DNA of 64,000 nt from NCBI GenBank assembly GCA_963920595.1, contig OY986946.1, forward strand, positions 5,332,001-5,396,000, written 5' to 3'. The notes beneath the pieces are model-generated. The model ran no database searches. It had not been told where the DNA came from and was given only the letters and a program-made list of their open reading frames with translations. Below are positions 46,422 through 61,217 of this stretch, in pieces. Position 1 is the stretch's first letter, and every line of letters begins with the position of its first letter. The position numbers and the translations under genes are program-made. This DNA is from Eimeria praecox. Its lineage: Eukaryota.

Positions 46422-47701
46422 TGAGGAGGAGCAGCAGCAGGCTGATTCACAGCAGCAGCAGCAGCAGCAGCAGTAGGTTCTGCTAGTGCTGCTTCAGAAG
46501 CAAACAGAGTAGCAACAAAAGGAGGAAGCCAGGAAGGAAAGCGAATGGCAGCAAGATGATCTTGCATGCATTCTTGTTTGTTTATGGGGCTGGTAGGTTG
46601 TTGCTGTCTTAGCTCTGCTCTACCTAAAGATATAAGTGTATGAAAGGCTCTCTTCATTTGCTGCTGCAGCGCCACAGACGGGTCTGATGCTCCTGCTGCT
46701 GCATCCTCATTCTCTCCTCCTCCTGCTGCTGTCCCTGCTGCTGCTGCTGCTGCTGCTGCTGCACCTACACTTATACCATCATCTGTGTGAGAACGGCTTG
46801 CTAACTCTATCCAGCTAGCTGCTGAAGGCCACGGCTGTCGAGCTGCTGCTGCTGCTGCTGTTGCTGCTGTTGCTGCTGTTGTTGCTGCTGACCGTATGGA
46901 TGTGATAGAGTGTCTCCCTCCAATGGCTTGTTGCTGCTGCTGCTGCTGCTGCTGCTGCAGCTGCATGCGCCTTCGCATGTGTCGTTCTAAGTGCAGCAGC
47001 TTTGCTGCAGATGTTGAGAAGCGACGAGAGCAGCAGAAGCACATAAAGGGCTTCCCTGCATGCATCTGCTGCAGCAGGGAGGGAGAGGGAGAAGCAGCAA
47101 GAAGTTGAGCATAGATAATTCGATTCCCTGCAACTTGCTGCTGCTGTCGCTGCTGCTGTCGCTGCCGCAGACGAGCTACTAGAGACAGCAGCAGCACTAT
47201 AGATAGAGGAGACAGCTCAGGGATATTGAGTGTATAGGTTTGATGGTTGAGGGTCCCTCGTAGCTTTGTAGCTGTGGCTAGCTGCTGCTTCTCTGGAGCT
47301 AGCTGCTGTTTCTCTGTAGCTAGCTGCTGCTTCTCTGTAGCTAGCTGCTGTGAATCCTTAACAAACAGACGACGGAGACCCGCAGGTAGAAGAGAAGGAG
47401 ACAGCTTCGTGAGAGGCGCAATAGTAGAAGGATCAATACCTATAGAAGGAGAATGGTGCTTGCTGCTGTTCTTGCTGCCTGCTGCTGCTGGCTGCTGTTT
47501 GCTGCTCTTCCCTGCTGCTGCTGCAGCAGCAGCAGCAGCACGCTGCTGCTGCTGCTGCTGCAGCTGCTGCTGCAGCAGCGGCAAGAAGCGACAAAAGGAA
47601 GAGGGAGGTGGGAGAGACAGCAACACGAGAGGGTCTTGTGCTTCTGTCCCCTCCTTGAGGGGCCAGGGGCCCCCCTGACTGTCTAATGAATGCTGTAGCA
47701 T
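44345..47701 (-). CDS. 1118-aa low-complexity protein with PCF11-like zinc-finger motifs (putative 3'-end processing factor)
   Basis: Single 3357-nt ORF with globular-looking islands between A/Q/S runs. C2H2 motif CFCCSRRFSTSAAKLLHLERH, then RQPWPSAASWIEL, CFLCCCSFKLSLDEQQQQYYLRDAV and YIHRECY. Coding status is likely; the PCF11 assignment is by motif recall only. Confidence 0.7.
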
Positions 47702-48323
47702 ACTTTAGAAGAAGAGAGAATATATTAAATAATATTTGAAGAGGTAGAGAGAGGGGCCGGGGGGCCCCCTCCTACCCCTCAACAAACTAGCGAGGAGAAA
47801 CACAAGATATAAAAACAAAATGTTGCTGCAGGCTTCCTTATGAAGCTCTTTATTTAGTTTTAAGAAAGAAAGATATATATAAACTTAATTATATATTATT
47901 CAAATATATTTATATATTTATATATTTATATATTTATATATTTATTCGAGAGAAGAAGAATCAAAGGCAATGCATGCAGAAATGCATGCGTTTGGGGCTG
48001 GCATAACCGACGAGAATGTATATTATATATTTTTTTTTATAATTTTGATTTATTTATTCTTTTGAATATAAATATTATTTTTATTATCCTCAGAATATCG
48101 AGACATCTCAGAAGGCCTCTCATTAATATATATGTAATTTTTGTGTGTGTTTATATTTATATATCTATCTACTTGTTGCTTACTGCTACTCGATCTCGTT
48201 TCTTGTATTGTGTGACATCACGATCTTTTATTTTATTTTTTTTATTTTTGTATATATTATTAAATATTATTAATTTTTATTTATTTATATATTTATATAT
48301 ATATAAATTTATATATATAAACA
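47702..48323. promoter_or_regulatory. Putative bidirectional promoter between the PCF11-like gene and UFC1
   Basis: Only 622 bp between divergent ATGs; two TGCATGC motifs (TGCATGCAGAAATGCATGCG, 47971-47990) near the middle, flanked by AT-rich tracts. Confidence 0.5.
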
Positions 48324-50529
<2,206 letters not shown>

Positions 50530-50559
50530 CTGTCTCCTGTCTCCTTTCTAGAAGCTTTA

Positions 50560-50975
50560 GCTGTCTCCTCTCTAGCAGCCTAAGCTGTCTCCTTTCTATC
50601 TATCTATCAGGCTGTCTCCTTTCTATCTATCTATCAGGCTGTCTCCTTTCTATCTATCTATCAGGCTGTCTCCTATCTATCTACCAGGCTGTCTCCTTTC
50701 TATCTATCTATCAGGCTGTCTCCTTTCTATCTATCTATCAGGCTGTCTCCTTTCTATCATCTGAGACTGTCTCCTCTCTATCAGCTTAAGCTGTCTCCAT
50801 GGGGGGCTGTCTCCTTTTTAGATTCTGAGGCTGTCTCCTTTCTGCTTATTATCTGAGGCTGTCTCCTTTCTATCATACGAGGCTGTCTCCTGTCTAGCAT
50901 CTGAGACTGTCTCCTTTCTATTTATTATCTGAGACTGTCTCCTTTCTATTTATTATCTGAGACTGTCTCCTTTTC
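50560..50975. repeat. ~27-bp minisatellite (CTATCAGGCTGTCTCCTTTCTATCTAT and variants) just downstream of the UFC1 stop codon
   Basis: About six near-identical units at 50585-50757, degenerating into GAGACTGTCTCCTTTCTA variants up to ~50975. Confidence 0.85.
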
Positions 50976-51352
50976 AACATTATTGAAAGGAGACAGCAAA
51001 CCGTCTGCAGGCCCATGTGCATGCAGAAGGTGCGAAGGAGACAGCGACAGGGGAGGCTCGTTGTCTGTCTCCTCCTCTAGAAAGAGAGAGAGTCAATTCG
51101 AAAGGGGACTGTCTCCTGTCTCTGAAGAACACACAAAGTCTATGGTGACTTGCGGTGTATGTACAGCTGACCGGGTGTATCTGTCTCCTTGGCTCTCTAC
51201 TTCTTGCTGCTAAAGACAACCTGCAGAGACATATTAGAGGAGACAGTCCCCACGCACTGTGCTCTGTTGCAATACAGCAACATATTCTGCCTTGCTTCTA
51301 TACGTACGTATAGAACTTAAACTTTTATAAGTATACATTATATATATATATT

Positions 51353-51404
<52 letters not shown>

Positions 51405-52133
51405 CATAGTCTACGCCTTACACACCTATTTCTGTCTCTTCTCTTTGCTTTGGTTAGGAGACACTCGAGTGAGGGTTGCTTGAGGCTTTAGCAAAGAAAG
51501 AAGAGAAAGGAGACAGATAGCCTGTACACCTCAGCGGGCTGGGTGGGGTTGGGGGGGGGGGAGGGAGGGGGTATAGCCTAATAGATTAACTCCTTGGAGA
51601 AACAGCAGCAATATATTTATTTAATAATAATAATAATATTGTAGTAATGATGTTGAAGGGCCCCTTATTATCTATTCAGAGTAGTATTATACTAATCTTG
51701 TTATGTGTTATTTATTTATTTATTATATTTATTTGTTAAACAAATAAATATATTTATTTCATAATAATAATATTGTAGTTATGATGTTAAAGGAGGGCCC
51801 CTTATTATCTACTCAGAGTAGTATTATACTAATCTTGTTATGTGTTAATAGTAGCTTTATAATAATATTATTGTGTACAGATGATAGTATTATAGTAATT
51901 TTATTATGTGTAGATAATAATATTATAATAATGTTAGTATGTAGTTATTAATATTATAATAATGTTGTGAGGATATCTGTCATGTTATAATAACAATATT
52001 ATTATAGTAATTTTATAAAGTATTATTATAATAATTTTATAAAGAGGCCCTTCTTACGTAGTTGATTTAATTGTAATAGTTTTATTAGGGGGGCTCTTGT
52101 TGTTTTTGTTTGTCTTAGCTCGCTAAGTGCTGC

Positions 52134-52284
<151 letters not shown>

Positions 52285-53472
52285 CAGTATAATGATGATG
52301 ATGGTATTGAGAGTAGGGAGAATACTATGAAGGGGCCCCTTATTATATAAATAATAATAATAATATAATACAAGGGTCTTAAACCTTTTATAACCTTCAC
52401 ATACACCTCAGTCATCCTGTCTCCTCAATCAATTTAGCTGTAGAGACACCTGGAGACGTCTGCTTGTGCTGACGGCCAGCGGGAGTAGAGAGAGATAATT
52501 TAAATTCTCTATTAATTTAAACTCGAGGGATCTAGGACTCTGCCGCATCAGAGGGAAGACCTAAGTGTCTCTTCTTAGCAGCAGCAGCAAACATGCTACT
52601 ACTAGCAGCAGGAGAAGAGACACTTTTGCTGCTGCTGCTGCTGCAGGTGTCTCCTTTCTCCTCTTCTTTACTAACCTGCCTTAGTTGCTTACATCTCTCT
52701 AAACAATTTCTCCTGTCTCTTGCTGCTGCCAGCGATTGTCTCCTTTTCTATTATTATTATTATTATTATTACTATGTTATAATATATATCTTTTATTATA
52801 TTAACTTTATAGCGTCTTAGATGACTGTATCTGTTGTTTCTCCTGTCTCCTCGTAAGGGGAGACAGCCTGAGCTTGCCTTCTTCCTATCTGCATGCATTC
52901 TTCTAATGTTTATTTTTAAATTCGAAAGCCCCAAAGAGTCTCTGCGACGCTGCTGCTGCTGCTGTGCTGCTGCTGCTGCAGTTGCTGCTGCTGCTGCTGC
53001 TGCTGCTCGGCCTCGCGCTGTCTGTCTCCTTGCACGAGGCCCTGCTGTCTCTTCTTCAGCTAGGCCTTAAGAGTCTTTATTATCCCTGAAATAATAAATA
53101 TTGTTTGTCTCCTTGATGTATTTATAAGAAGAGTTAGCTGTAAGAAGTGTCTCCTTTTCTGTGGGGTGTATATACACAACGAGTGACCTTCGACGAGCAG
53201 ATGCTCTGGGATCGTCTCCCCTAGACGATCCCCATCGATCCCTAGGGGACAGTCTTACATGTGTCTCCTTTTTGTTGTATTATTTTCTTATTATTATTCA
53301 CCTAAGTATTATTTTAAAAAGAGACAAACTGCAAAGGAGACAGCAGCTGCAGCTGAGGGGACTACAATCGGAGACAGAGAGAGAAGCACACACACGCACA
53401 CACAACACATACACCTGAAGCATGCATACACCGCAGACTATGATGAGATACAGCCTCTTCTATACATAAGAA

Positions 53473-56400
53473 ATGACAAGCCCTGTAGAATATCTGTTAA
53501 ATAATGGGGCTTTGTTGCATGCGCTACCTTCAGCAACATCAGAATTGTTGCTGCTGAGTGTTTCCCTGCTGCAGCTGGAGTGTCTCTGCAGCTTATTCTC
53601 TCCCTCAGGTTTAGAGACAAGAGGAGACACCTCAGCTATTGAGGAGGAGACACCTCCATGGGAGACAGAGAATTGTCTGTGGGCTATTCGAATGAGTGTG
53701 GGGTTGCCTGATATTCCTACTGTCTCCTTTCGAGATATTTTAGGTGTCTCCTCACCTCTCAAGGATTATATACCCTGTTTAGATTTGCTGCATGCAGAAG
53801 AATCTCTTGTCTCTTTTCTATGGGGAGGAGACAGAGAAGAAGGAGACACTTGTTGTCTTGATAACGTAGAAAGAGAAGGAGCTATACAAGCATTAGAGAC
53901 AGTTATTCGTCTTGCTCGAGTCTCCTCTCCTCGCAGGTGTCTCCTTCTGTCTCCTTCTAAGCGTCTCCTTTATGTGCTGCAGCAGCTGCTGAGGCTTATC
54001 AACCCCAACTACCTGCTGCAGCAGCTCTTTCAAAGGGGGGGCCCTCTCTGCTGTCCCCTGGGAGAGGAGGAGACAGTACTGACCCCTGCAGGGGAGTTCT
54101 TACTCTCAGCTATGCAGCTCTGTCTCCAGCAACAAGCTGATGCAGCAAGGAGACAGCAGCACTTTCTGTCGAAGAGACAGGAGACAGAGACAGAGACAGA
54201 CACGGAGACAGAGACAGCTCAAGGAATCAAAGGAGACAAGCAAAGACACAACCTCCTTCGTGTCTTCTTCCCTAATATCAACAACTCCGAAAACGAAGAA
54301 GACCCCACACATTCGTTTCAAACAATACTAACAGACTACTTGCTGCAGCTGCGGGCTGAGAGGGAAGCCTTAAACACCTTGCAGTGTACGTACACCTCAA
54401 CACTACAGCTGCCGGATAGATTGTTTATTATACTGTGTATTCGCCTGTCTTCGTCTGTCAGTCTTATCAAGTTGCTTTGTCTTTGTTTAATTTTTTATCT
54501 TTAGTACTTGTCATTAGATTAAATTGAGGGGAAGTGTCTCTTCTTCTGTTTGTCTCTTTTTGTGTTTATCTCTCCTTCTGTATTTTTCTCTGTCTCCGTT
54601 TGTCTCCGTATTTTTCTGTCTCTTTCTGTGTGTGTCTTTGCTTGTACTTGAATGCGTTTGTCTCCGTCTGTGTTTATCTCTGCCTCTGTTTGTTTCTGTC
54701 TCTGTTTGTCTCTGTCTCTGTTTGTCTCTGTCTCTGTTTGTCTCTGTCTCTGTTTGTCTCTGTCTCTGTTTGTCTCTGTCTTTGTTTGTCTCTGTCTCTG
54801 TTTGTCTCTGTTTGTCTCTGTCTCTGTCTCTGTCCCGGTTTGTCTCTGTTTGTCTCTGCCTCTGTTTGTCTCTGTCTCTGTTTGCCTCTGTTTGTCTCTG
54901 TCTCTGTTTGTCTCTGTCTCTGTTTGTCTCTGTCTCTGTTTGTGTCTGTCTGTGTTTGTGTCTGTGTTTGTGTCTGTCTTTGCGTGTGTCTGTCTTCGTT
55001 TGTCTCTGCCTGCATGTGTTTGCGTTTGTGTCTGTCTGTATTTGTTTGTTTTTCCCTCTGTCTGCATTTGTCTCCTTTTGTTTCTCTCTCTCTCTCTCTG
55101 TATTTGTCTCTCTCTGTATTTGTCTCTATCTGTATTTGTCTCCTTTTGTCTCTATCTGTCCCCTTTTATCTTTATCTATATTTGTCTCCTTTTCTCTCTC
55201 TCCCTCTCTCTCTCTGTGTTTATCTCTATCTGTATTTGTCTCCTTTTGTTTCTATCTGTCTCCTTTTATCTTTATCTATATTTGTCTCCTTTTGTCTCCC
55301 TCTCTCTCTCTGTGTGTATTTATCTCTATCTGTATTTGTCTCCTTTTGTTTCTATCTGTCTCCTTTTATCTTTATCTATATTTGTCTCCTTTTCTCTCTT
55401 TCTCTCTCTCTCTCTCTGTATTTGTCTCTGTTTATATTTTTTCTGTATTTTTTAATGTATGATTGTTTGTGTTTTCTATGTTTATGTTTGATATTGTGTC
55501 TTTGTTTCTTCTCTTTTATACTTTGTCTCTTTTATTTGTTCTTGTTTGTGTCTTCTCAGCATTTGCTGCTGCAGATCCTGCTGCTGCTCTCTTTGCTATA
55601 GAGGAGCTGCTGCAGAGGCCCCCCCTGCAGCACTTAGAGGCCCTTCATCCCCCTGAGGAGACAGTTGTCTCTCATCTGTTCTATCACTGTCTCCTTCGTT
55701 ACTTTGCTGTATTCACTGCCTCTTCCCCACAATGTGTCTCCAACTGTCTCCGACGCCGGCTAGCTGCTGCATGCAAGCAGCTGCTGCAGCAAGCAGGGTT
55801 AGAATCGTACTGTCTCCTCCAGCTTAAGGGCCACAGTTCTTTGACAGAGGAGACACATCAGAGTCCTAAAGGAGACAGTTTTGAGAGAAGGAGACAGAAG
55901 GAGACACTAGAAGGTGTCTCCTCTCCACAACCTGCACAGGAGACAGTCTCCAAATCCCGCAGTCTCTGTCTTCAACAAACTAAGGAGACAGTTAACAAAG
56001 TGCTGCTGCTGCCCCCTAAGAACTACGAGGCCTCAGCCACGGCCCTCTGCTGCTTCCTAAACCCCCATCTCAGACCTTACACTCCGTGGCTCAGCAAGCA
56101 GCAGCAAAATGAAGGAGACGACAGAGCAGAGGGAGACAGCAGAACAGAGGGAGGCAGCAGGACAGAAGGAGACAGCAGAACAGAGGGAGACAGCAGAACA
56201 GAGGGAGACAGCAGAACAGAGGGAGACAGCAGGACAGAAGGAGACAGCAGAACAGAGGGAGACAGCAGAGCAGCAGGAGAAAGAAAGTCAGAGGGAGACA
56301 GCAGAACAGAGGGAGACAGCAGAACAGAGGGAGACAGCAGAACAGAAGGAGACAGCAGAGGCTCCTGCACAGACCCAGCGCCTGCCTGTCCCCAGGGGCC

Positions 56401-59400
56401 GTCGCAGCAGCAGCAGGTACTGTCTCCGCTTTGGAGTCCTCAGGGGGGTCCCTGCGGGGACCCGTCATACTGCAGCAGCAGCAGCAGCAGCAGCAGTAGC
56501 AACAGCAGCAGTAGCAGCAGCAGCAGCAGCATCCCTCGAGAGTTGAAGGCCCTGGAGCAGCAGCTCCGCCCTTCTCTGAGAGGAGACAGAGAAAAGCGCA
56601 GTCTCGTGAGGCTGTTATCTAAATGGCTTAGAACGCCTGCGTGGAGACAGAGAATAAATGGAGGAGACAGGGATAAAGGAGACAGCAAGAAAGCCAAGAG
56701 AAACAAAGGAGACAGTAAACTCCCCCCTCTCTTACTACCTTACGGCTCCTCTGTTACGGGTTTCGGAGACTGGGCTTCTGACCTCGACCTCGCGCTGCTG
56801 CTGCCGTCTCCTTGCAGTACAAAAGAGACAAAGGAGACACCTGAGTTGTCTCCTACTAGCTGCTCTCGTCTGTCTCCTTTTTCATGCTGCTGTCTCCTTT
56901 GCGGACAGGAAGGAGACTGTCCCCACTCCTTTCCCTCACGAGCAGAGGCAGCTGCAGCCCTCACAAGCCTTGAGTGTCTCCTTCGAGGACAAGAGCAGCT
57001 CGAGGGTCTCTTCACCTCTTTAGAGCTGATAGTCCCCCAGGTAGCTCCTCCAGTGTTGCGTGGGGTGTATAGACACCCGAGAACCCCTCAGAAACGTCGT
57101 ACTCGCTCAGCTAACAAAGAAGTGTCTCCTCGGACAGGTCCTTCTAATAACAATAAGACCTCCTTCTATACACCTGAAGGCCTTAAGAAAAAAGGAGACA
57201 GACGCCAAACAAGCGATGAAGACGAAGCAATCAAAGAAGAAAAACTAAAAGAGATAGAAGAAACACAACACATCACCACAGCCACCTCTACGAGAATTGA
57301 AGAAGGAGACAGCAAACACAAAACCTCTAAACCAAGAACAACACCTTGTCAAGTGTCTTCTCCACAGCCAGATGATGCACAGAAACAGTCTCCTCGAGGG
57401 GCCCCCTGGGCCCCCTCCTCAGAGGCAGGGGACCTGGAGAGACACTCGGAAGAAGGCTTGTCTACGCCTGAAGAGCAGCCTAGCTGGCGTCTGTACACCC
57501 GCATCAAATTCGATATTACTGCTGGCTGTCCCCTGGGCCCCCTAAACTCTCAGCTCCTTAAGGAATATGCGAAGGGCTGTCTCCTTCTAAAGCCGCTGGC
57601 CCGAATAGTTAGACACTGGGCAGAGTGCAGGGGTCTCACAGGTAGGCCTCCCACGCCCCTTTAGCCTTGGCACCCGCTAGCTAGCTAGCTAGCTAGCTAG
57701 CTAGCTAGCTAGCTAGCTAGCTAGCTAGCCCAATAGCTAGCTAACTAACTAGAGGACTGAGTGGCTAGCTAGCTGGGTGAACTGCTAGCTAGCTGGTTAT
57801 CCAGCTGAGTCGATAGCTAGCCAGCTGGCTGTCTGGCTAGCTGCCTGGCTGTCTATCTATCTATCTAGCTGTCTAGCTAGCTGTCAGGTTAGCTACACTG
57901 CTCGGAATGTATGGCTGGGTGGCTAGCCACTTAGTAGTTTGTGTCTCTAAGAACTGATGGGAGGAGAACATCACAAGACGGAGACCTCGCACCTCAAAGA
58001 GGGAGGAGACTGCTGCTGCAAGAGACAGGAGACCCTTGGAGGTGTCTCTGCTGCTGTGTTCAGGGACTCGGGAGGGGTGTCTCTCCAACTATGCCTGGTC
58101 TCTTCTGGTTGTCTTCTTCTTACAGAATGTTTGCCCTCCGTTGCTGCCGCAGCTGCAACAGCGGGGGATTGCTGCTCGGGTACAGCCCGCATGCAAGGGC
58201 CCCAGCTCCTTGAAGAGGAGACACTTAAAAGGAGACAGTAGTCTCTGCAGTCCCTCACTCACCCCTACACCTGTGGAGATCGTGGGGGGGCGTCACAACG
58301 TATGGTTCTTAAGGCCGGGGGCCTCTAATCTGTGGGGGTCGCGGGCGGCGGACTTGTTAGGAGGTGCTTTGAGAGGCGCTGGAGACAGACACCTGCTCAA
58401 CTGTCTCCATCGTTATATCCCGGGGTGTCTCTTCCTGCCCCCTGAGGAGACAGCTCAACACCCCACACCACACAACGCGATCCCGGGAGTGGACGCGCCC
58501 AGGAGACCACTGGCCTGTCCAGTGGCTCCCGATGAGGATCGATCCCCTGCGGGATCGGGGGATCGACGTCCCACGGGATCGGGGGATCGATCCCGCAGAA
58601 GGCGAAGCAAAGGGCGGGGGGAGCCTCCGCTGAGTGAGGGTGAGTGGATCAGGCTGTCATCTCTTTTTCATGCTTTCTTTGTATTTTACGGGTTTTATTT
58701 TAACTCCTTTTCCCTCCTAGTGTCTCTAAAAGACCCTCATCAGACCCCTAAACAGTCCCTGAGCAGATGGAGATCCAAAAGGGAGACACCCCCAAAGGGA
58801 ACACCCCCAAAGGAGACACCCCCAAAGGAGACACCCCCAAAGGGAACACCCCCAAAGGAGACACCCCCAAAGGAGACACCTTCCAAGGAGACATCCTTCA
58901 AGGAGACACCCACCAAGGAGACACCCCCCAAGGAGACACCCATCAAGGAGACACCCCCCAGGGAGACAATCCCCAAGGAGACACCCCCCAAGGAGACACC
59001 CTTCAAGGAGACACCCTTCAAGGAGGCGACCCCCACGGAGACAGCCCCCAAGGAGACACCCTTGCAGCTGTTTCCAAGCAGCGAGGACTTGAGGCAGATG
59101 GGCCTTCAAGGGCTCAACAAATCTTCAGCCCAACACCTAAGACAGGTGAGGGCCGTAGGGAGCGAAGCAGCAGCAGCAACAGAAGCAGCAGCAGAACCAG
59201 AAGCAACAGCAGCTGCAGCAGCAACAGCAACAGCAGCTCAAGATCTGGGGGGCCCTGCGGAAGCTCGAGAGACACGCCAAACAGACGCGGCCTGCGAGGA
59301 GACATTCTTGGGCCTCAGAGATAAATTACTTAACGCCATAGAGGATCAGAGAGCCCGTGAGTATCTGTTGTTTTGTAGTGTACAGGCAGCTGAGATGCTT

Positions 59401-59407
59401 GTCTGTG

Positions 59408-59439
<32 letters not shown>

Positions 59440-60181
59440 GCAGTTGCTGCTGCTGCTGCTGCGGCTGTTGCGTCTGCATGCTCTGAAGGAGACAATTTGA
59501 GGTCTCTCTACGTTGTGTTTTGCGTGTGTACAGTGAAGCAGACTGTCTCCTTTGGCCTCGTCATAGAAGACCCTTTGGAGACGGGGAGACAGAATACGTA
59601 TAAGAGGCCTGAAGGTGAGCTCAGCTGCCTTTCGCCTTCTTCATAATAGTAATACACTGACTTCAAAAACTGCAGCAGCAGCAGCAGCAGTAGCAGCAGC
59701 AGCAGTAGCAGCAGTAGCAGCAGCAGCAGTAGCAGCAGCAGCAGCAACACGCTCTCGTCATTCCCTTGAGGTTGCTTCATTTTAGTGAAAGAAGTTGTCT
59801 TAAAGTATTTAGCTTCGCCTCGAAATATCGGGGCCAAAGCCCCATGCATGCACGCATGCATGCGTGGGGCTTGCATGCATGCATGCATGCATAGGGCTTG
59901 CATGCATGCATGCATGGGGCTTTCATGCATGCATGCATGGATGCGCAGGTAGTGAGCTGTTTTACTATGAAGTGCAGCGGGCTGAGCGGCTATTAAGGGA
60001 GGGGTAAGTGGGGGTGATGGTGCAGGAGAGACACCGACAGCAGCAGCAGCAGCAGCAAGAAAGAGAAGTAATGCATCAACACCCCATATTGTCTCCTTTT
60101 AGAAATAGAGACAAACAGTTGCTCTTGTTATGTGGGCGATGCAGCAAAGCTACCCTCGAGTATATCTTCGTCGGAGACTGA
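53473..60181 (+). CDS. Cid1/TUT-family non-canonical terminal nucleotidyltransferase (PAP/OAS-like NTase plus PAP-associated domain), ~1486 aa
   Basis: Proposed exons 53473-54385, 55560-57641, 58064-59356, 59534-59614, 59949-60003, 60145-60181 (phase-consistent, 4461 nt). Motifs PYGSSVTGFGDWASDLDL (56738-56790), third Asp in KFDIT, NSQLLKEYA, LARIVRHWAECRGL, LSNYAWSLLVVFFLQ...PLLPQLQ, FFVFYG..F, LVIEDPLETGR, EVQRAERLL. First and last exons are less certain (alternative stop at 60005-60007). Confidence 0.88.
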
Positions 60182-60647
60182 AGCCTTCTGCTGCTGCTGT
60201 TGCTGCTGTTGCTGCTGCTGCTGCTGCTGGGGCTTCTGGTGTTGCTGCTGCTGCTGCAGTTGCTGCAACTCCTGCATCAGTTTCCACAGCAGCAGCAGCA
60301 GCAGCAGCAGATTATCCGTGCTGTGCTTCAGCGGCTGTGTAGCCTCAACTTCTGTCTGCTTATCTGTCTCTGTCTGTTTGTTGCTTGTCGCCCTTTGTCT
60401 CCTTTCGTCTGTCTGTTTGTCTCCTCCTTCTCGTGTATGTCTTATGAAACGTTAGAGAGACAGCCGAGGAGACAGCTGGGGAGACACCTGGAGACACAGC
60501 TAATGAGACACCTGCGGGGACACCTGGAAGGGTAGCTGAGGGGACACCTGGAGACCCAGCTGGGGAGACAGCTGAGGAGACAGCTGAGGAGACAGCTGAG
60601 GAGACAGTTAAGGAGACAGCTGAGGAGACAGCTGAGGAGACAGCGTC

Positions 60648-61185
60648 TCACTCAGAAAGTGTGATGCATGCCCCCTTCTTGTCAAGCGCAAAGCCCCAAA
60701 CTTCGCACACGCCGAGGCCTCCGGCGTATAAATCCTTAGCCTGCGCATGCAGACAAAAACCCTAAACCCTAAACCCTAGAGAAAACAGATAAACCCCCTA
60801 ACCACGACAGACAGCACGCCTACGCACACAAGTGACCTTTACAAGCAGGCCAGGCCTTCTCCCCTTACATAACCCCTTACCCAGCTATCCAGCTAGCTAG
60901 TTAGCTAGCTAGCTAGCTAACTAACGAACTAACTAACTAACTAGCCAGCTGGATAGCTAGCTATCCAGCTAGCTAGCTATCCAGCTAGCTAGCTATCCAG
61001 CTAGCTAGCTATCCAGCTAGCTAGCTATCCAGCTAGCTAGCTAGCTAGCTCGCTAGCTAGCTATTTTGCTTACCCCGAAGTTTGCGTTGAAGAATGGAGG
61101 AGAGAGATCTCCGTCCTCTTCTGTTTGGAGACGGCGAAACGTACCGGAGAGTGAGGGACAGTCAGTAGCGTCTGCAGCACACACA

Positions 61186-61217
<32 letters not shown>

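Noticed and set aside
50560..50975. CRISPR-like repeat array
   Set aside because: Units are contiguous with no unique spacers, there are no cas genes, and the context is eukaryotic.
51645..51850. Tandem C/D-box snoRNAs (ATGATG C-box-like)
   Set aside because: C box is imperfect and no CTGA D box or terminal stem is found.
54519..55559. Long ORFs rich in C/L/S/V or R/D/K/Q/T/E
   Set aside because: (TCTCTG/TTTG)n repeat within the first intron of the nucleotidyltransferase gene.
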